Shown: positions 56,185-64,000 of the stretch, in pieces
Layout of the letters: each line of letters opens with the position of its first letter
Numbering within the stretch: position 1 is the first letter of the stretch
Source: Chrysomallon squamiferum
Lineage: Eukaryota > Animalia > Mollusca
Direction of reading: 5' to 3'
DNA length: 64,000 nucleotides
NCBI GenBank assembly: GCA_012295275.1
Contig: CM022679.1
Coordinates: 25,048,001-25,112,000, forward strand
Made by a program: the position numbers and the translations under genes
The notes under the pieces: generated by a model
The model's input: only the letters and a program-made list of their open reading frames with translations
Told to the model about the DNA's origin: nothing
The model's database searches: none

Positions 56185-56924
56185 CATGCATAACACATAT
56201 TTCATTTTTCTTATTTATTCTATATGCTATATATAATGTTTTACATGGCACAAAGACAATCATTTACAACATTAGAAAACATTAATGTCACTACTGGGGT
56301 CATGAATCATTAGTAAATTATATACTAAAAAAAAAAAAAAAAAAATAACATTTAATTTATTTTTCAAAACTATTTGCACTGAGTAATGACTAAATATTTT
56401 ATAATATTTCAATAAAAACCTGATTAGGGGAATAACATTAAAAAAAAATGTTGTTTTAGAAAATCATGCTCTATATTGTGATGATTAGACATTTTTTTCT
56501 TAATTATAGTTGAGGCTTTTTTTTAAAGCAATCAACATCATAAAGCATTCTGAATGCCATTAAAATGTTCTTGTTGGATGAGTAACATGCTTAAATCTCT
56601 TTTCATATTGACTACAGACAGTGGAGAATAATAAAATAATAATAATAAAGTGAATCAATGTACGTAATATGTATAATCATAGCAATGATAGAAATAATTT
56701 TGAAATTATATGATGATGCTGCTGCTGCTGCTGATGATGATTTTATATATATGTGTGTGTTTGTGTAAAATCTATTTTATTGTTGTTACTATTATTATTA
56801 TTATAAAAAAAATTAATGGGTTCATTATCAAATCACATGCTTTTTTTTTTACCATTCACTAGGGAACAAAATAATTTCAATAAAATAAAAGACAAGGTTT
56901 TTTTTTTTTATATCTAATTATTCT

Positions 56925-56960
56925 TCAGACGACCACTCTAACCACTGAGCTTCACATCCT
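56925..56960 (-). mobile_element. 5' fragment of tRNA-derived SINE
   Basis: Minus strand ggatgtgaagctcagtggttagagtggtcgtctgaag contains an A-box-like AGCTCAGTGGTTAGAG; truncated before the B box. Confidence 0.45.
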
Positions 56961-57682
56961 TCTACTCAAGAACAACAATCCATGAAAACACTATCAATGA
57001 TAAGTGGCAGTCCTCACATTAATATTACAATGGGCAAGAACACCAGGGTCAAAAGTGTCGCGTGGTGAATATAACATCATCATGTTGGCACATGGTGCTT
57101 GATTTAGTAGCTAGTAGGAGGACTGCCACTCTGGTCTGACACGTGTTTCTGTGTCTGCTGTTATTCTGGTTGTATGGTAAACACACACTCCACTGACACC
57201 AGAAAGGTCACAGGGTCGATCCCAATCAGCGTGGTTTGAAAGATGTTTATATATTGTTTCCTCAAAGGTCACAGAAATATAATGGAGATCACTGACTTGG
57301 ACAGGATGATGGGTTTTAATGCCCTGGGAAGGAAATTTGTTTATTGTTGTTACTATTGTTGTTGGGGTTTTGGGGAGGGTTTCTGGTGTAATTTTTTTTT
57401 TTTTTTTTTTTTTTTTTTATATGTTGGTATTGTTGTTACCTCGTGGTTGGTTTTAGAGTAAGAAATTTGTTTATTATAATTGTTTTTTTTTTTTTTTTGG
57501 TGGTATGTTTTTTGTTCTTTTTTGTAGTTGTTGGTTTTATTGTTGCTACTTCTTGGTTTTATTGTTGGATTTTTTAATAACAGTAGTAGTGACAATGTTG
57601 TCAGCAGTAATTGTTTTTCTTTTCATTGTATTATTATTATTATTAACTTTTTATGACACTAATTTATTTGTTTAAATAGCTT

Positions 57683-58110
57683 ATTATCATTACTTACAGC
57701 ATCATAATAATCACTGATATTATTTACAGCATCATCATAGTCATTATCATTACTTACAGCATCATATAGATGTTATCATTACTTATAGCATCATCATAGA
57801 CATTATCATTACAGCATCACCATAGACATTATCATTACTTACAGCATCATCATAGACATTATCAATACTTATAGCATCATCATAGACATAATCATTACTT
57901 ATAGGATCATCATGGACATTACTTACAGCATCATCATAGAAATTATCATTACTTACAGCATCAACAGGGACATTACTTACAGCATCATCATAGAAATTAT
58001 CATTACTTACAGCATCAACATGGACATTATCATTACTTATTGCATCATCATAGACATTATCATTACTTATTGCATCATCATAGACATTATCATTACTTAA
58101 AGCATCATCA
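57683..58110. repeat. ~30-bp minisatellite (atcattacttacagcatcatcatagacatt)
   Basis: About 14-15 tandem units with 24-27-bp deletion variants. Confidence 0.95.
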
Positions 58111-59967
58111 ATTATTTTTCTTTTCTGCTTATAACAAGGCTTATATTATTTATAATTTCATGACATTATTTCTTTTCTCCTTCTGCATGTCTGACATTAA
58201 GAAATCAGATTTGAAATCCAATTTTTTTTTTTTGACCTTTCTCAAAAAAAACCAACCCAAAAAATGTATTGATTTAATTACATGATGATTGACAAAATTC
58301 AGACAGGAGGTTATTTTTTTTTTTCATAAAAAAAAAAAAAAAAAAAAAAAAAAAGATATACTGTTTTCAGCCATATCTAGAGAGTTTCTGAAGTCTCACT
58401 GGTTGAAAATATCTCTGTGTGGATTTCACTTTTGGTAATTTTCATTATGGTAAATGTCAGACTGTTGCCCAACTGTCAAGATCTGTTAACATGAAAAATC
58501 TGTGTTTGAAAATCACACCCGAACTGCGACAAATTCAGTTTTTCTTTATTGATTAGTGTATTTATCACCCAGAGTTCAGAAAACAAACAAGGCATTTAAT
58601 CACTTGTTCTAACCACTGAACTTTTGTTATATGAGATTCTAATGATAATCACTGTAAATCTCTCTTTTGTAAATAGACATAATGATGCAAATTAAAAAAA
58701 AACATATAATGTTCATTAAATGCTGGAGATTTAATAGGTCATAAATAACATTGCTGGTGCTGAGTGTCAAGCAAGCTAAGTTATAGGGGTTTCATACTAT
58801 AGTAGAAATGTACTGAAAATTCTGAAATTACTTCAACAAAAGTGAAATGGTTATAATTATTTGCTGAGCTGAAGATACGATTATACAATCAGATAAAAAA
58901 AAAAAAAAAATCCATGTTTGATGTTGTTTTCAAAATTAGCTTGTCTTACAAACCTTTATAGACTTTTTAGAATACTAGTTGTGATTCTTCTGACATTGTA
59001 GTCTTACAAAATATCAGTTTTTTTAACCCTTTTTTATACTATTTTTTAATACCCTTAGTTATAGACAGAATTAATGGTATATTTGTGAAATGGGAAATAA
59101 TCCTGTATTTAGGAATGAAGAATGATCCCAAAAGACTTCAATATTAAAAGAGTCTACTATCACACTGAAATACATATACACGGTGTTTTCTGATACAGTT
59201 CTGGGAAGTGGTTGGAATTAAGAATTAGTCCAGTTAATAAAAAGACTAAACCATGAAGCTTTTAAAATACTTTCTATCCACTTGTTTAATTTCTTGTTTA
59301 ATAAAGTTTGGTAATAAACACTGATTATTGTCTCTGTTTGGAATGAGAAAAAAAGTCATATGATTATAGTAATAAACACCAATCATTTCACATGGGTTGG
59401 ATCGGGAAATCATACCAGTTCAGTTGACTTACTGACATTAATCCTTAAAACTCAATATTTATATTACAGAAATATGTCAATACTCGTCATTTCCTATGGC
59501 CTTTGTAATATGCAACAATAATGCCACATAGGTTGGATTGGGAAACACAATGCTCCTCTAGTTTGCCTCTTACCCCCAGTGGCACTGGTAGTAAACATGT
59601 TTCTCTGTCAGAGTGCAAAGAGGCTAGACAATATTTTGAAACAAATCAGTGTGGAAGTGTTTTCCGTCATGTGAGAGGAACATCAAGTGAGCCTGTCAGA
59701 AGAAATGAAATGTGAATTGTATACACTGGCAATAATCTGCAGAGAATTGCTCATCATCCTCGCATTGGAAGTCTTCTGCTTTTATGTGAAGCATTTTCCA
59801 ATCAAATCCAGTCACCTTTCTGAGATTTAATTACAGTCTGCAGCACTGTCAATGAACTGTCCATGTTGTACTGGATGCAGTTCAGCAGATTTCTCTTCCT
59901 TGCTTTTTTTGCAGTGTTAGAAGAACAATGTACTGCAGTGTTGGTTAAATGTGAAAATCAGATCTAG

Positions 59968-59968
<1 letters not shown>

Positions 59969-60040
<72 letters not shown>
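59969..60040. repeat. (GT)n microsatellite
   Basis: Directly visible. Confidence 0.97.
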
Positions 60041-60041
<1 letters not shown>

Positions 60042-63000
60042 TGGATGGCTGTATCAATCCTTCTTCATGTCCAGATTAAGTTATTTATTTCCTGTTCCAG
60101 ATTGTTCCCCATGACTTGTTGTAAAAGTGGTTGTATTAGAATTCTTGTTTATAGGTGATGTGTATGAATGATCCCTTGCTGTTTTTATATAAAAAAATGT
60201 ACATGAAAGGTTTTCTTTGATGTTTGAAATACAATAGCTGTTTGTAGAAAAATGATCAATAAAAAGCTTTGTCACTATAAAAACAATGGTTAAATTGAGA
60301 TATAAATAGATAAGACAGATGGTTAAAAGGATTTTTTTTTCATACACACAAACTACATAAACACAAATAATCACATGTATATACATGCACACACAAACGA
60401 AAAATATATATGCATATAATTTTACATGCTCATGCACATGCATACATGCAGATATAATAGATCATATATTTTAAGTTATGCTTTTGTTTTTAATTTCAGT
60501 AAGAGACTATTTACTGAAATTCTAAGATATTCCTTTGGCTTTCTTAAGACTATCTATGTGAGAAACATTTCCTTTTCTATTTTTTCTCTTATTGTTTTTA
60601 AATGCAATATTTAACACAATACTATTCCTATTAGTGGAAATCAACATATTACAAATATATAGATTATGGACAGTATTTTGTCTGACATGTAAACATTTTT
60701 AGAAAATTTGTACATGAATTGTTATCATGATTAGCTACTTAGGAAACTAAAAGAAACAATCTTTTTTTTAAATTTTCTTCACTGGTATTATTTCTTACTT
60801 AAACCATTGATTAAAAACAGGCACTTTTTAAAAAAAATGATTCCATATGTTTTTCAAACCTCAGAAAGATATTCATGATTTGAGAATTTCATGGAAAAAA
60901 AAAAAAATCACCCTGAACACAAATCCAATTGCTGTTTGTTAGAGTGCATCTGTTTTCTTAGTGGGACCTTTATGGTGGCTATTGGGTGTAAGTGTTGTTT
61001 TGATCTGCATACATATTACAGTATTATCAGTAACTTGATATCTGAATAAGAAAACCATCAAACTAAAGTTTCCTATATATATACTAAAAAATCAAAAAAT
61101 CAGCCATGTTTGAAGTTTATGCGTCTTTCTTCAGTAATAAACCAAACTGTTGTTTGTTGTAAGATTTTCATCTGTACTTTGGACTGTCAAGAAAGTGTGT
61201 CAAGGAAGTCTATTTGCTTTAATCCAAACCCACATCTTTTTCTTTTGGGAAAAACTAATTGCATTGAAGGGTAAGTAAGAAATATTGCTGACAGACTGTA
61301 TTTGCAGCAGTGACAGAGGTGAAATAAGCAAACTACAAGTTGATTAATTTGATTGGTTTGAACATACAAACCCAGACATAACTAGTCAGATGGTTAATGG
61401 GGAGTCACACAACAAATTAATGTGTCACATTCGTAGATACATGCAGAGATAGACTCTACTTTTCTTGGTGTTCTACTGAACTGACATTTTATGGTTATGA
61501 TCTTTTGCCTCTGTGTTATATTTTATTTAGGTTCCATTATTTCTTTGGTATACACAGATACATATTGTACTTTGTTTCAACTCATTAAATTAATGTTTAT
61601 AGACTGATGCCTATGTGTTATTTAAAAAAAAAAAAATTTGTTTTTCTTGGATTCTATCATTGCTGAAGTATACACAGATACATGCAATGACAGATTGTAC
61701 ATTCTTGATAGTATACTAAGATGGCTTTGGATGGTTACAATTATTTTGTCCTCTTTGTTTTATCTATCTACATTTATATATCTGTATCTTATTTATATGT
61801 TTGTATATATCTATATCTATATCTGTATCTTTATCTGTTTCTATATGTCTATATATCTATATCAATATCTTTATATATCTGTATCTATATCTATCTATTT
61901 TTCTATCTATATTTTTCTCCTTGCCAATTTCATCATTTGCCACTTAAATCATTAGTTCCTTGATCATTTTGAACATTTTATCACACATCTATTTAATCTA
62001 TATCATGCCTAGAAAAATATTTACAGTTAAAAATTGAACTGACAGTTTCATTAGGGACTCAGGTTTAGCATGCAGACTGGTAACATTACCTTGAGAAATC
62101 TGTCAGAATTTAATAAACCAGTTTGTTACCACATTATTAAATTAGTTTATAAAATTAATTTTTTCTGACTCAGATTATATAATCACTTTATAAACTGGTT
62201 TCCTTAAGCTCAATCAATTTTTATGTGAACTATTTAAAGCATTTTTGAAATAAAAAAGAAGAAAAATTATATGTTATGGATTACGGTAATAAATTTAATA
62301 TCAGTTTGCCAATAACCATAACTGATCTGATTTGATCAAATTGTCAATAATTATAATGGATTTGATCATGGGGTTAAAAAGAAATAAAAAAGTACTTACA
62401 CACACATACAGGCATACATAACCACAAGAACATACATATATACATACAGACATATACACATATACAAGAAAACAAAAAGAAAGTAATATATAACGAAAAT
62501 GAAAAAAAAGAAAAAGAAGAAGAAAGAAAAGGTTGCACTTTAAAGACCATTTCAGTCCCTCTCCCCTCAGAAAATGAAGCAGTCATATCTTATTAATTTT
62601 TAAACATCCATTTTTCTCTCTGCTTCAGTAATAAAATTTTTTTATTTCTTAACCCTGGGGCCTTCTGCAGACCAGAAATCAATTGGTTCCTGTTGGGCGA
62701 TCGTGCTTAAGTAGGGCTGTCCAAGCAATTTACTTAAAGCATTTACAGATTATCCTGCCTCAGAGCTATCAATGAGTGCACTTCTCTGGAAATACATGTT
62801 TCGGAAATGACACCTTCACTTGTTTAAAACCTTCATGACCATTTGTTGATGCCTCGATGGTCTTAATTTAGCAACGTTGTCTGCAGCCACAACGTCCATT
62901 GATGACTGCCAAACTAATACAGAATGTGGTGAATTATTTAGTTAAAGAAAATCACGGAGACAGAAAATGAAATGTTTGTCTAAAAAAAAAAAATTGGCAT

Positions 63001-63248
63001 TAACTGTGTGGTCCGAAGTGTTAATGGCGTAAGTCGAAGGATTTGTTGTAGAAGTTGAGGTAATTTGTTGCTGCACAATTTAAAAAGTAATTTGATTAAT
63101 TTAATTGGAATAAAATTTTTTTTTTTATTTCTGGTTTTGCTCCTTGTCTGACAGCAAATTGTATCCTGTTTAATTTGTTTGAAGATGTGGTTACCTTGAT
63201 GCCTTTTTCTTAATATTAAATCCTGTTTTTTTTTTTTATTATTAAATA

Positions 63249-63285
<37 letters not shown>

Positions 63286-63304
63286 TATTTATTTAAATGT
63301 TTTA

Positions 63305-63490
63305 TGATGGAATTTTGGGACTGAAGTTCTGTGGAATTGTGAAACTAAAGTTCTATAGAATTTTGTATCTGAAGTTCCATAAAATTTTGGGCCAGAAGTT
63401 CTATGGAATTTTGGAATTGATTTCTGTAGAATATTGGAATTGACTTTCTATGGAATTTTGGAACTGAAGTTCTATGAAATTTTGTAACTT
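63305..63490. repeat. ~24-bp minisatellite (ggaattttggaactgaagttctat)
   Basis: About 7-8 tandem units. Confidence 0.9.
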
Positions 63491-64000
63491 TATTAGCAAG
63501 AATCCTTAAGCATTCGGTCCTCACAATTTTTTTCTTTCAAAAATGACCTTGCATTTAAATGAAAACCTGCATGCAAGAGATACGTTTACAAGTCACAGTT
63601 ACATGAAAAGGTGAACAGCCACAAAGATTAATAATGATCTCTGCTGTCTTCTTAACAGTGACGAAGATAAATTATGTTTTCAAATTGAAGTTTTCAAGTT
63701 GTATACATTGCTAGTCTGATGTTCACTATAACATTTTTCGTTTTTTTTACACTCATCAGTGTATGAAAGCTTTGATTTTTCTCAGAAATGTTGCTTGACT
63801 CAAGGACATTTTCTGTGCAGGTTTTTTAAAAGAATATTTGTATAGAGTTTGCATAGTGTCATAATATGATTAATTATGTAAATGTTTAATTATGGAACAG
63901 CTTTAGTAGATTCTATGTGTGTTAGAAGTGTATATTTCAATAAAACAATAAAAAGTTTGAAAATCTTAAGCACCTCTATGAATATGTAAATAGATAAATA

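Noticed and set aside
57084-57105. TTGGCAC (miR-96-family seed) in the long hairpin
   Set aside because: On the 3' arm, whereas miR-96 derives from the 5' arm, and the rest of the sequence does not match.

Overview
Eukaryotic, very AT-rich, microsatellite-dense animal DNA; the decayed tRNA-headed SINEs and mosaic CpG depletion suggest a mollusc, probably a gastropod (inference). Three transcription units can be supported. (1) The 5' part of a minus-strand spliced gene (exons 1998-1872, 1244-1071, 324-120, continuing off the left edge) whose N-terminus resembles TMC7-type transmembrane channel-like proteins. (2) A complete 3-exon, 449-aa divergent alpha-tubulin on the minus strand (ATG 7848-7846; 6595-6376; 5502-4376) with a remodelled K40 loop and a non-EEY tail (...GDDSVY). 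(3) A probable plus-strand gene starting at a CpG-rich first exon ending at 11690 (AG|GTAAGT). It is followed by about 52 kb of CpG-depleted, intron-like sequence with no recognisable coding exon, containing micro/minisatellites, local duplications, SINE relics and several short complex islands. The most unusual signals lie in that 52-kb region: a ~110-bp inverted duplication that looks like a template-switch insertion (43914-44030 / 44855-44964), and several candidate plus-strand RNA structures (35143-35336, 45217-45284, 53520-53598, 57003-57130). These were folded by eye and are unverified. Nearly all ORFs in the supplied track are microsatellite or antisense artefacts, and no clearly novel multi-gene system could be established.
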